In this document: positions 1-12,799 of the stretch, piece after piece
Numbering within the stretch: position 1 is the first letter of the stretch
Layout of the letters: each line of letters opens with the position of its first letter
Assembly: GCA_964016885.1 (NCBI GenBank)
Contig: OZ024762.1
Location: 17,608,001 to 17,672,000, forward strand
From: Eledone cirrhosa
Lineage: Eukaryota
DNA length: 64,000 nucleotides
Direction of reading: 5' to 3'
Position numbers and translations under genes: made by a program
The notes under the pieces: model-generated
What the model was told of the DNA's origin: nothing
What the model saw: only the letters and a program-made list of their open reading frames with translations
The model's database searches: none

Positions 1-604
1 TTCATAGTGGTACATTGTTAGAAGTAACTAACTAAGCCTTCTCTCGACACTATCATTGCATATTTTAAAATCCACTTCTTTATATACTATATTTAGGTTT
101 AATCAATACATATATTGATGATTGGAATCATGGTCTTAAGATTACCCAAATCGATACTAACTATTACAAATACAGATCTCTCTAAGGCTATGTTACCTAC
201 ATATTAATTGTTCTGAAAAGATGCATCAGTCTTCTCCTCTATGGAGCAGAAACGTGGCCCCTCACAAAGACGATTGACAGCAGTGCCCTGAGGACCATCG
301 CAGCCTTAGTCTCGTTCAACGCAGTAGCACCTGGTCGGCTCTACCCATGATGATGCCGGTCTAGTCTAACAAGAATAGATGTACAAAATACTCGAATATA
401 AGGTGACCCTCCTCCCTATCTTATGTCTGAGAAGTGGGCAAAAATGCGAACCTTATTTACGTAGAATTTGAAGTTGGCGAAAATGGTCAAACTATTGACT
501 CCCTATATAAGTCAACCCTTTACGACATATTCCCTGGCTTCTATTCGTGTATATCCCGTTATATATGTACAAAACACTAGCAGTTACTTAATGGCTATAT
601 ATCC
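1..604. repeat. Inverted near-identical copy of 6145-6746
   Basis: 1-604 is the reverse complement of 6145-6746 apart from a few substitutions and one 2-bp indel. It includes a small LINE remnant (LLYGAETWPLTK, ~225-360). Confidence 0.95.
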
Positions 605-804
605 NNNNNNNNNNNNNNNNNNNNNNNNNNNNNNNNNNNNNNNNNNNNNNNNNNNNNNNNNNNNNNNNNNNNNNNNNNNNNNNNNNNNNNNNNNNNNNNN
701 NNNNNNNNNNNNNNNNNNNNNNNNNNNNNNNNNNNNNNNNNNNNNNNNNNNNNNNNNNNNNNNNNNNNNNNNNNNNNNNNNNNNNNNNNNNNNNNNNNNN
801 NNNN
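605..804. other. Assembly gap (200 N)
   Basis: Run of N. Confidence 1.
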
Positions 805-1420
805 TACTATAGAATACTGTATTATATATGTATATATACTTACTTCTATAGAACAATACACATATTAATACCTTTACTTCTGTATACATACTGGTAAGTA
901 TGAGAGAGATATAGAATATATATTCTATATATACAGAAATATCTAAACTTACTATAGAATACTGTATTATATATAATCTATTCTATATGTATATATACTT
1001 ACTTCTATAGAACAAAACACGTATTAATACCTTTACTTCTGTATACATACTGGTAAGTATGAGAGATATATTCTATATATACAGAAAGAGGTAAACTTAC
1101 TATAGAATACTGTATTATATATAATCTATTCTATATGTATATATGCTTACTTCTATAGAACAATACACATATTAATACCTTTACTTCTGTATACATACTG
1201 GTAAGTATGAGAGAGAGATATATTCTATATATATACAGAAAGAGGTAAACTTACTATAGAATACTGTATTATATATAATCTATTCTATATATACTTCTAT
1301 AGAACAAAACACACATTAATACCTTTACTTCTGTATACATACTGATATGTATGAGAGATATAGAATACATATTCTATATATACAGAAAGAGGTAAACTTA
1401 CTATAGAATCCTGTATTCTA
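805..1420. repeat. AT-rich tandem repeat, ~145-150 bp unit, ~4 copies
   Basis: TACTATAGAATACTGTATT...CCTTTACTTCTGTATACATACTG recurs at ~805, 950, 1098, 1251 and 1399. Confidence 0.85.
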
Positions 1421-4058
1421 TATATATACACATATGTATGTATATATATACATATGTATATATATATATACATATGTATGTATACATACGTAGATATACA
1501 TATGTATGTATACATACGTATGTATGTATATATATGTATACATACATAGGTATGTATACATACATACCTATGTAGAAACACATACGTATGTATGTAGAAA
1601 CACATACGTATGTATATATATACATACGTATGTATATATATACATACGTATGTGTATATATACATACGTATGTGTATATATATACATACGTATGTGTATA
1701 CATATACATACGTATGTGTATACATGCATACGTATGGATGTATGTATATATATACATACGTATGTATATATATGTATGTATGTATGTGTACATACATACG
1801 TATGTATATATACATACGTATGTGTATATATATACATACGTATGTATATATATACACATACGTATGTATTTATATACATACGTATGTATGTATGTATACA
1901 TACGTATGTATATATATATACACATACGTATGTATTTATATACATACGTATGTATGTATATATATACATACATATGTATATACATACGTATATATACATA
2001 CATACGTATGTATATATACATACGTATGTATATATATACATACGTACGTATGTATATATATACATATGTATATATACATACGTATGTATATACATACGTA
2101 TGTATATATATACATACGTATGTATATATACATACGTATGTATATACATACTTACGTATGTATATATATACATACGTATGTATATATACATACGTATGTA
2201 TATATACATACATACGTATGTATATATACATGCGTATGTATATATATATACATACGTATGTATATATACATACGTATGTATATATACATACGTATGTATG
2301 TATATATACATACGTATGTATATATACATACGTATATATATATACATACGTATGTACATATATATACATACGTATGTATATATACATACGTATGTATATA
2401 CATACGTATGTATATACATACGTATGTATATACATACGTATGTATATATACATACGTATGTATATATACATACGTATGTATATATACATAAGTATGTATG
2501 TATATATACATACGTATGTATATATACATACATACGTATGTATATATATATACATACGTATGTATATATACATACGTATGTATATATACATACATACTTA
2601 TGTATATATACATACGTATGTATATATACATACGTATATATACATACATACGTATGTATATACATACGTATGTATATATACATACGTATGTATATATACA
2701 TACGTATGTATATATATGTACATACGTATGTATGTATATATATATACGTATGTATATATATATACGTATGTATATATACATACGTATGTATATATACATA
2801 CATACGTATGTACATATATATACATACGTATGTATATATATATACATACGTATGTATATATACATACGTATGTATATATACATACATATGTATGTATATA
2901 CATACGTATGTATATACATACGTATGTATATACACATACGTATGTATATATACATACGTATGTATATATACATACGTATGTATATATACATACGTATGTA
3001 TATATACATACGTATGTATATATACATACATACGTATGTATATATATACATACGTATGTATATATACATACGTATGTATATATACATAAGTATGTATGTA
3101 TACATACATACGTATGTATATATACATACATACGTATGTATATATATATACATACGTATGTATATATACATACGTATGTATATATATATACATACGTATG
3201 TATATATACATACGTATGTATATATACATACGTATGTATATATACATACGTATGTATGTATACATACATACGTATGTATGTATACATACATACGTATGTA
3301 TATATACATACGTATGTATGTATACATACATACGTATGTATATATACATACGTATGTATATATACATACGTACGTATGTATATATACACATACGTATGTA
3401 TATATACATATGTATATACATACGTATGTATGTATATACATACGTATGTATGTATACATACATACGTATGTATGTATATACATACGTATGTATGTATATA
3501 CATACGTATGTATATATACACATACTTATGTATATATATACATACGTATGTATACATACATACGTATGTGTATATATATATACATACGTATGTATGTATA
3601 CATACGTATGTATATATACATACGTATGTATGTATATGTATACGTATGTATGTATATATATACATACGTATGTGTATATATATATACATACGTATGTGTA
3701 TATACATACGTATGTATATATACATACGTATGTATATACATACATATGTATGTATATATATACATACGTATGTATGCATACATACGTATATATATACATA
3801 CGTATGTATGTATATACATACGTATGTATATATACATACATATGTATGTATATACATACATATGTATATATATACATACGTATGTATGTATATACATACA
3901 TACGTATGTATGTACACATACATACGTATGTATGTATGCATACATATGTATATATACATACTTATGTATACATACATATGTATGCATATATACATATGTA
4001 TGTATACATACGTATGTATATATATACATATGTATGTATATATACATACATACATACA
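1420..4058. repeat. Compound palindromic microsatellite (TATATACATACGTATG)n
   Basis: 2.6 kb of almost pure purine/pyrimidine alternation with the self-complementary core TACATACGTATGTA. Confidence 0.97.
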
Positions 4059-5831
4059 TCTTTAATTCCTTAGCTATATTTATATAATACACGAGTCTAG
4101 AGATATAAGGGTATTAATATGCATGTAGGTTGTCTTTATATCTGTGTAGTGTAACTTCTAAATTTACAATGAAGATATGCTTTATATACACAAAAGTGTT
4201 TATATGGTGAGTATGCCTGTCTAGAGGAGAACAGGGTATTGATGTATCCTTTAAAGAAAAGGGTAACTGCGTACATATGGTTCTACATACTGTACTCTAT
4301 TGAACACAACTTCAATATATAATGGAGGTACTTCTTTCAATATAGAGAAGAAGGTATATTATAGACATGAAGTAAGCTTTGTGTGTCATATTGAATACAG
4401 TTTTTCTATATATGTGTGTATGTAAAGAACACTAAATTTCTTTGTATTTATACAGTTAGCTCTTTTGCTTCTTAGGAAGCATGTACACGTTCTACTATGA
4501 GATGCTTATACACAACTAGAAGAACAATAGCAGTAGTTTCCTAAGAGACGTATGTGTAGTATCTCGCGAGGATGTATTGATATGTATGTACAGATCAAAA
4601 CCTCTTATCTTATATATGTATGATCACTTCCAGGTTTCTACATACACGTGTATAATATAAAGAGACACACACAATGTGGGTTTAGATATATTATATAGAA
4701 TACAGTTTCTAATATACAGACATGTCTACATTGATGTTATTTACCTGTATATAGAGATGGCTTGTGTGTATCTAGGAAATAATTTATATAATATGAATCA
4801 AGTATACAGTGACAGAAGGTTTTTATCTTCCTACGGTGTAAGAGGTGTCTAGTGTGTGTATATATACAGGGAGTAAATAATAAGGGAACAAAGGAAAATA
4901 CTGGTTTATTCTTTTATTTCACAATTTATTTACCTTTCTTCTTGAGATAGGGTTGTAGTAGTCTCCAGGTCTGGTGCTGTTCCTTAGGAATATAAAATAG
5001 GTTAGTTGTGTATATAGTGAAGAACGTTTATATATGGATGATGTAGCTATCAAGCAGGTGATGATGCTAGAAGTAGTAGTAAGGAGTCTTACGGCAGAGT
5101 AATGGAGCTACCATGCTTCGTTAGATATAAAATATAACTGTATGGTTTAGCTTCTATATTCATATGTCTAGAGAAGGTTTAGTTTCATGTCTATTATTCC
5201 AGTATGAACAAGTTTGTATATTGCGCCTCATAAGTATCTGTTATGATAGAAGGGAGACCGTTTATATATGAATATAGCTTCATGTGTACGTATGTCCACA
5301 GGATTCTTCCTCTACATGGTTTAGAATAAATTTACGGCTAATACATAAATATGCCTGAAGTGTTTGTGTATTCAGGTATAAGGTTTATATACAGAAGATA
5401 AAATGTGTATAGAGAGGAAGCTTGGTTATATTTCCTTACAAGTATGTATATAGTATCAAGAGAAGATTTAGTTGTAACATGTTAGAAGAGGTGTGTATAT
5501 ATATACAGATCATGGTTAGTTTTATTTCATAATAGAGGAGGGTAACATGTATGTTTAGTTAAAGAGGTAGCTGCGTGTATATATTTAGTTTTGTTTCTTT
5601 AAAAGACATGGCAACTTACTTTTGTGTGTGTATATACGGCAAATAAAACTTTACATACCTCTTTACACGAACGTAAAATCCAAACCGGTATCGTTAATAG
5701 TCCCAGAGTAAATAGAATGATGAGAAATGACAACAAAGTAAGAAGAGTTCCACAAACCGGAAGTAGTTCAATGTCAACAAAGGGCAAATAATTCCAATTA
5801 AGGGGAGATAACTCTCGTCAAATTGTTTGGC

Positions 5832-6002
5832 AAAAACTCATGCGAGGGGGAGAGCAGGCCAGCATAAAGCCAGCCTGCTGTGGTCCCGGCCGACCCCCGC
5901 AACGATTCGAACTTCAGACACGATCGAGTGGTCATGCCATACCGAAGTACAACAGCGAAGCCAGAAACGCTACGTGCAGCGCCACGCACAAGCCGCAATT
6001 CT
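5832..6002 (-). ncRNA. Putative structured Pol III small RNA, copy 1 (family not recognised)
   Basis: GC-rich island in AT-rich DNA. TATAAGTA at 6027-6020, B-box-like GTTCGAATC at 5912-5904, T5 at 5836-5832. Stems need G-U pairs on the minus strand and show compensatory changes against copy 2. Confidence 0.6.
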
Positions 6003-6058
6003 ACAGAGTCAAATAGGCATACTTATAGCTAACATTTTCCTTCTTTTTTAAAAAAAAA

Positions 6059-6124
6059 AGAAACGGAAAGAAAGCAAGATAACACGACATATTCCGAGTG
6101 TTATCTCGTTTTCTTTCCGTTTCT
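6059..6124. promoter_or_regulatory. Inverted pair of a ~25-bp motif (GTTATCTYRY...CCGTTTCT) upstream of RNA copy 1; PSE-like candidate
   Basis: AGAAACGGAAAGAAAGCAAGATAACAC-12 nt-GTGTTATCTCGTTTTCTTTCCGTTTCT. The same motif pair lies upstream of copy 2. Confidence 0.4.
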
Positions 6125-7557
6125 CTTTCTATATAAATATAACGGGATATATAGCCATTAAGGAACTGCTAGTGTTTTGTACATATATAACGGGATATAC
6201 ACGAATAGAAGCCAGGGAATATGTCGTAAAGGGTTGACTTATATAGGGAGTCAATAGTTTGACCATTTTCGCCAACTTCAAATTCTACGTAAATAAGGTT
6301 CGCATTTTTGCCCACTTCTCAGACATAAGATAGGGAGGAGGGTCACCTTATATTCGAGTATTTTGTACATCTATTCTTGTTAGACTAGACCGGCATCATC
6401 ATGGGTAGAGCCGACCAGGTGCTACTGCGTTGAACGAGACTAAGGCTGCGATGGTCCTCAGGGCACTGCTGTCAATCGTCTTTGTGAGGGGCCACATTTC
6501 TGCTCCATAGAGGAGAAGACATGCATCTTTTCAGAACAATTAATATGTAGGTAACATAGCCTTAGAGAGATCTGTATTTGTAATAGTTAGTATCGATTTG
6601 GGTAATCTTAAGACCATGATTCCAATCATCAATATATGTATTGATTAAACCTAAATATAGTATATAAAGAAGTGGATTTTAAAATATGCAATGATAGTGT
6701 CGAGAGAAGGCTTAGTTAGTTACTTCTAACAATGTACCACTATGAATAAGACAGAAGGCGGTGTATGTAGATAGAATGTTTAGTTTTCCTGAGTATGAAG
6801 GGGTTTTAGTTATTATTCTTAGTAAAAAGACGGTTATATTATACATTTACGTCTCTAACATTCCTCCTGTATATGAAGGGTAGTGAAATATATTCTTGTG
6901 TCTCAGGAATAACTACGTGTTTATCGATGAATTTAAGGGACAACTAAAACATTACATACCTCTTTAGAAGAATGAAGGTGTATATTGATCTAGATAGGAA
7001 ACGTTTCTTCCAGTGTGTGGATTATAGAGGTGAATGCATACACTAAAGAATGTTAATATATATCTAAGACTGTATTTTCGAGTGTTTAGCAATGAATTAA
7101 AATATACATGGCAAATAAAGCGTTCGTATAGGTAAATTAGAGGGTATTTTACCTCAGCTAAAGAACATTTATATATATATAAATCTAGTTTTGTGTGTGT
7201 ATTTAGGTTTAAATAAAACAATATGTACGTCTCTAGAATCTTTCTGTATATAGAATAATTGTTTCTACTTTTGGCACAAGGCCAGCAATTATCCAGTGCA
7301 TTACTGGTACTTTATTTTATCGACCGCATAAGGATGAAAGGCATATAGAATAATGTATGTCTGTGAGTGTATATACGGCAAATAAAACATTACATACCTC
7401 TCACCATTAGTATAATATCCAGACTGATTCTATCAAATTACACGAGTAAATCCAAACGATGTTAACAGTTTAATTCAATAAAGAAGAATGACAACAAACA
7501 AGAATAGTTCCAATCAGGGGCAAGTAATTCAAACGATAACTCGGCGAATTTTTTAGT

Positions 7558-7716
7558 AAAAAATCAATGCGAGGCGGGTACGCAGGCCAGCATAAAGCCG
7601 GGCTGCTGCCGCCGCAACGATTCGAGCTTCAGACACATAGAATGGTCATGCCATATCGAAGTACAAGAGCGAAGCCCGAAACGTTACGTGCAGCGCCATG
7701 CACAGAACGCAACTCT
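7558..7716 (-). ncRNA. Putative structured Pol III small RNA, copy 2
   Basis: Paralog of 5832-6002. TATAAGTA at 7741-7734, GCTCGAATC at 7627-7619, T6 at 7563-7558, same hairpins. Confidence 0.6.
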
Positions 7717-7773
7717 ACTGAGTAAATTAGTCATACTTATAGTTAGAATTTTATTTATTAAAAAAATATATAT

Positions 7774-7955
7774 AGAAACGGAATGAAGGCGAGATAACTG
7801 AGGGCGTGGGGAAATATCTCTTTTTGAATATATTTCGTATGGTGAGAGTTGAGATCTCTACCGAATGATTATCAATATTATACTTCGTCTCCGAAATATT
7901 TTCAGAAAGAAATTACTTTTTCACGACCGTGTTATCTCACTTCCATCCCGTTTCT
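7774..7955. promoter_or_regulatory. Inverted motif pair upstream of RNA copy 2
   Basis: AGAAACGGAATGAAGGCGAGATAAC (7774-7798) and GTTATCTCACTTCCATCCCGTTTCT (7931-7955). Confidence 0.4.
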
Positions 7956-9389
7956 ATATGTAACAAGTTTAAACAACTAGTATTTAATACATATATATAT
8001 ATACAGAACAATAAGTATATTTACTTCAAGATAGTAATGTTTATGTTAATACAGAAAATAAAAAATGCAAACCATCGATCTTAGTAATTAGTATCAATCC
8101 CTAATTATCTATTTTGGTAATAAGCATCTTAAGACCATGATTTCCTTCACGATATGTGATTAGACCAAAATTTAGTATAATATATAAAGACTGTTCTCAG
8201 CTTATGACCAGTTTGCTTGGTGTTAAGTGTCTGAGAGTACAAGACTCTCCCTGGATAGTACGCTGGTCTACCACAGGACTAACTCCTCGGCTGTGAGTAC
8301 TGAAGCAATGTGATGAATGCAGAACTTCCAAACTGTGAGAGTTACATGCATGCATGGACCTGCAACTCCTAAGGGAGTCATACAGGCCACACATTGACAT
8401 ACAGTATTTCTAGGGCACTTTTTAAAACCTGGCAGACCCATCTCCTCTCCAGGTCTGAATACAGCAGATTTCTTCCAGAGAAACAGAAGAATCAACCTCA
8501 ATACTAGACTGGTACTTTGTTTTATCAACCTCAAATGGGTGAAAGGCAAAGTTGACCTCAGCAGGATTTTAATTCAGAGAACTGAAGGCATTCTGTTACA
8601 TTCATATATACATACATACTTTGTCTAATAAACAAAACATCTTCTCTCTCTACACACATAACATATAAAGCTACATTTATATATACCTCTTCTAAGAAAT
8701 TAAACCTACTCTAGACTTACACATAGATACAGTTATATATAAATACTTACCTTGTCAAATAAACACAACTAAATCTTCTCTAGACAGACACACAAAGCTA
8801 CATTTATATAAACATTCTTCTCTACAAACGAGAATCAGCTGAAAAGCTCATAGGCTGACTTTGAAGGAGTGATGCTAGAACTGCGAGATATTGTGGTTAG
8901 GTTCATTATCATAGGACTTGGTGGAGCAACCAAAATTCACTGCCAACTCATGTACAACTTTATGATGTTCGTGATTCATCGGTGAAAAGGAATGACTCTG
9001 ATAGTTCTGTTTCATGTGAGGAAGACTAAAAGGAAACCTTCAGAGTGTGCATTGAACAATATGGGATATTTCTAGAATGTAACTAATGCTAACTTGAATC
9101 ATCCTTGGACATCATCATACATAGTATATATATAGTGTGTTTAGTACAGTGTAGTTGTAGCTAACTAGGTATTTGGTTTTATGAAATGAAAGGGACAAAA
9201 AAACAAACTATATATATACACTGATACTTCAATGTGTTATAAGCAATCCAATACCACTGTTGGATACATAGAGTGCTTCATCCTGCTTACACCAAAGTTT
9301 ATGGATTAAGGTGGTGCAAACACAACACTTAAATAAAGGAAACAATATATGGCCATAGTACAGAAAATTCTTATAATATACATATATAT

Positions 9390-9428
<39 letters not shown>

Positions 9429-9429
9429 T

Positions 9430-9990
9430 CGGGCTGGATTCTGTTGAGGGTCTTTGCCACAAGTGACATCAATGAGATTACCCTGTAGTTGTTCATGTTA
9501 GAGAGATCTCCCTTCTTTGGTACTTAGATGATGTTAGTGATCAAGGGCAACTTTCTTCAGTGCCTGGTTACAGAACTCCAGGATGATATCATCAAAATCA
9601 CACCTCTTCATCACTTTTGATGCCTCTCCATCTTCTCCATGGGTCTTGATCTTCTTGGTTCTCTGAAGCCCCTCTCTGGCGAAGGTCCTGTCTCAATATC
9701 CAGTTCCTCAAACAGCTGTCTGATCCCTCTGGTATTCTGGGCTATCGAAGGTGGCTCTCCTAGTAGGGTCTTAAAATGGTCCAGCCTCTTCTTACCCCCA
9801 GATCTAACTCAAACTTCCTCTCTTCCTTCCTGTAATCTCGTTGATCATCATCCAGCTCTCTCTACACTCTGGCAACATATATGTTGATGCCCTAAGGACA
9901 AACACTGGTCTCTGGGAGAGATGGGACGATGATGGAGAACAGAGACCACTGGAGAGAACTCGTCCATGGATCTCGGGAATTTTACCTGCT
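9430..9990. mobile_element. Degenerate LINE remnant with 5' inversion
   Basis: 9430-9870 on minus encodes RT N-terminal VPKKGDLSNMNNYRVISLMSLVAKTLNR. 9875-9990 on plus is the 3' end (YVDALRTNTGL), also seen at 50230-50357. Confidence 0.65.
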
Positions 9991-10381
9991 CTCTTTCTCT
10001 CTCTCTATATATATATATATACACTGACCACCTACAAGGTTACATCTCAAAGGAGGTTTAAACCAGTTCTTTTATCCCGAAACTTTTTCAGGAACTGTAG
10101 ACAAGGAGTTTCTTATGGTTGTAGGTTTTTTGAAAGGGGAAAAATAACAGAAGGCAACACATAAGGTGATTGTCGTGTGAAGGAGGAAGATTGGTAGAGC
10201 AATGGACTCCATGGACACTGGTAAGGCTAACTTAGAACAGGATGGAAAGGTATCCATGGTGAGTGAAAAACCTAACCATTGTTTCAGCTACAGCAGCAGA
10301 GGAATTAAGTTACGGTGGGTTTGAAGAAAACAGAGTGGGATGTCTTCAATGTAGTGACTATATAGACCAGAGGCTTTCAAC

Positions 10382-11183
10382 ATAACTGATGAGTGTTTCA
10401 GTGGAGACCAGCAACTTCTGAGGAGCAGGGACTATAGTAGTAGAGATAGAATAGGCAGAGGGAACGGCATATTTAGGGGCTGGGGAGAAGCAGAGACCAC
10501 TGTAGCAGAGGTAGACTAGGTAGAGAGGGAACAGCATATTTAGGGGCTGGGGAGTGCTAGTGAGGAGCAGGAACCAGTGTAGTAGAGGTAGACTAGGAAG
10601 AGAGGGAATAGCATATTTAGGGGTTGGGAGGAGCAGAGATCATTGTAGTAGAGGTAGAGAAGGAACAGCATATTTAAGGGCTGGGGAGGAGCAGAGACCA
10701 TTGTAGTAGAGGTATAATGTGCAGAAGGAGGAGAGACAATAATTGTGGACCAGAACCTGTTGAATTGTTGATAAAGCTGGAGTGTCATCCCTTAACTGAT
10801 GAGTGTTTCAGTGAGACCAGCAACCTCTGAGGAGCAGGGACTACAGTAGTAGAGATAGAATAGGCAGAGGGAACGGCATATTTAGGGGCTGGGGAGAAGC
10901 AGGGACTACAGTAGTAGAGATAGAATAGGCAGAGGGAACGGCATATTTAGGGGCTGGGGAGAAGCAGAGACCACTGTAGTAGAGATAGAGAGGGAACAGC
11001 ATATTTAGGGTTGGGGAGGAGCAGAGACCATTGTAGTAGAGGTAGAGAGGGAACATCATATTTATGGGCTGGGGAGGAGCAGAGACCATTGTAGTAGAGG
11101 TATAATGTGCAGAAGGAGGAGAGACAATAATTGTGGACCAGAGCCTGTTGAATTGTTGATAAAGCTGGAGTGTCATCCCTTAA
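10382..11183. repeat. Nested tandem repeat (~55-65 bp subunits within a ~410 bp duplication)
   Basis: TGTAGTAGAG...GGAACAGCATATTTAGGGGCTGGGGAG subunits; the block starting TAACTGATGAGTGTTTCAG occurs at ~10383 and ~10792. Confidence 0.85.
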
Positions 11184-11755
11184 TGTAGCAACCTTGTCAA
11201 CATGAATGTCCTTGGGGGATAAACCCCTTTTCTACAGGTACTTGATAATACCACGATGCCAAATTTTGTCCATTTTCAAGAGGTCATTACTAATTACATT
11301 TGAAGTCCTCTTTCAACAGTCAGATGTCAGTTTACTTGGAAAGAAACAATGCAGTTATTAATAAGAAGAGTTGAAATTAATTCATGCAAGATTTCCCAGC
11401 TCTAGCATCAGTCCTTCATAGTCAGCCAACATTCGTACTTCTGCTGGGTCAAGCCCGACGGGGGCTGACGTCTTAAACAAGCCCCAACAAATAAGAAAGA
11501 TTTAGAAGAGAACACAAAAGTGACATTAGAATTATTGCTGGAAATAGCAGCCAAATATTTATCGCTCGCCACGTTTTAAAATAATGAAGGACACATTAGA
11601 AGATGTAGTTTTAGATAGTCATATATACACATATTGGTCAACGCTGGAATCTCATTGATTCTATATACATAAGTCGGTTTTCAGAGGACCTATTCAGGTT
11701 ATGGGAACTGTTTGTCCCCCGTGTAAAAATTTGGCGTATATATATATAATTTCGA

Positions 11756-11803
<48 letters not shown>

Positions 11804-12760
11804 TTATATATGTCTGTATGCATTTTGTTGAGGTTTAAATGGTGAACATTTCATAAGGTAGCTGTTGTTTACTTTCATTGACAAGTCAGACCTGAGCGAT
11901 CAAGACATATATTTACATATACATAATCAAAAGTAAAAACATTGTTAATATCTTCCTACACAGATAAAATATAAAAGATTGTATTTACATGTGTCACAGC
12001 TAATTCACCTCCGTAATTCTTAGGAAACCTGGCTTCTATTTCTAGCAAGTCGAGCGTAGACGTAGAGACGTGTTGCTGTTGTTTACTTTTATTCACAGGT
12101 CTTGAACGAGCAAGACAAGATGACCCGACATGTGTGTAATCCTGTGTTTATATGATTATCAAGGTACCCACATCTACATCGTTGAATGCACCTTTCATTG
12201 TTTTAAAAGGGGTTGTAGAAGACAGAACATCTGAGGGTGAGAGGCCGGAGATCGTCAGTGAGTGGCTTTAAATTAATTAGCAATGATTCTATGAAATAAA
12301 GAAGCGAAATGACTTTGAAGAAAAATAGGAGAACAATAGTAATTATAATGAGGCCGGTGTAGCGATTACATATTGCCCTTTGTTTACATTAACCACTCCC
12401 GACACCATGGTAATTAGATATTCAGATTACAGGGAGATGTGGGATGGAATTAATTCTTTTATTTATTTACTTATATCAAACAACAAACACGGTGGCAAGG
12501 AGTAAATTAAAAAACTCGCCTTTCTTTTAAAATAAAATTCAAGCCTAACCTCTCCCATGATGCAACAGTGCGGGTAAATAAGTTGATGCTTTAGCGACAT
12601 CAGTTCCTTAAATTTCACCAGGAGGAAATCTCAAGAACGATAACTCTGTCTTTACTTAATCGCAAAAATGGGTGCAAAAATTATTTCGAAACAACACTTC
12701 CTATGGACGAAAACGACAATATTAAAAGTATTTTGTGGATTTTTAATAGGTGAACACATC

Positions 12761-12796
<36 letters not shown>

Positions 12797-12799
<3 letters not shown>

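Noticed and set aside
1297-4092. Very long Y/I/H/T/M/C/V-rich ORFs (also near 15.8-16.8 kb, 34.3 kb, 54.5 kb and 59 kb)
   Set aside because: Translations of stop-free alternating microsatellites, not genes.
5860-5880. GGCTGGCTTTA resembling the 5' end of human vault RNA
   Set aside because: It lies downstream of the B box in a 3' hairpin and is altered in copy 2, so it is probably coincidental.
5798-6051. Small ORFs over the GC-rich island
   Set aside because: Non-ATG starts and an indel in the paralog at 7558-7716; the pattern of change fits RNA structure better.
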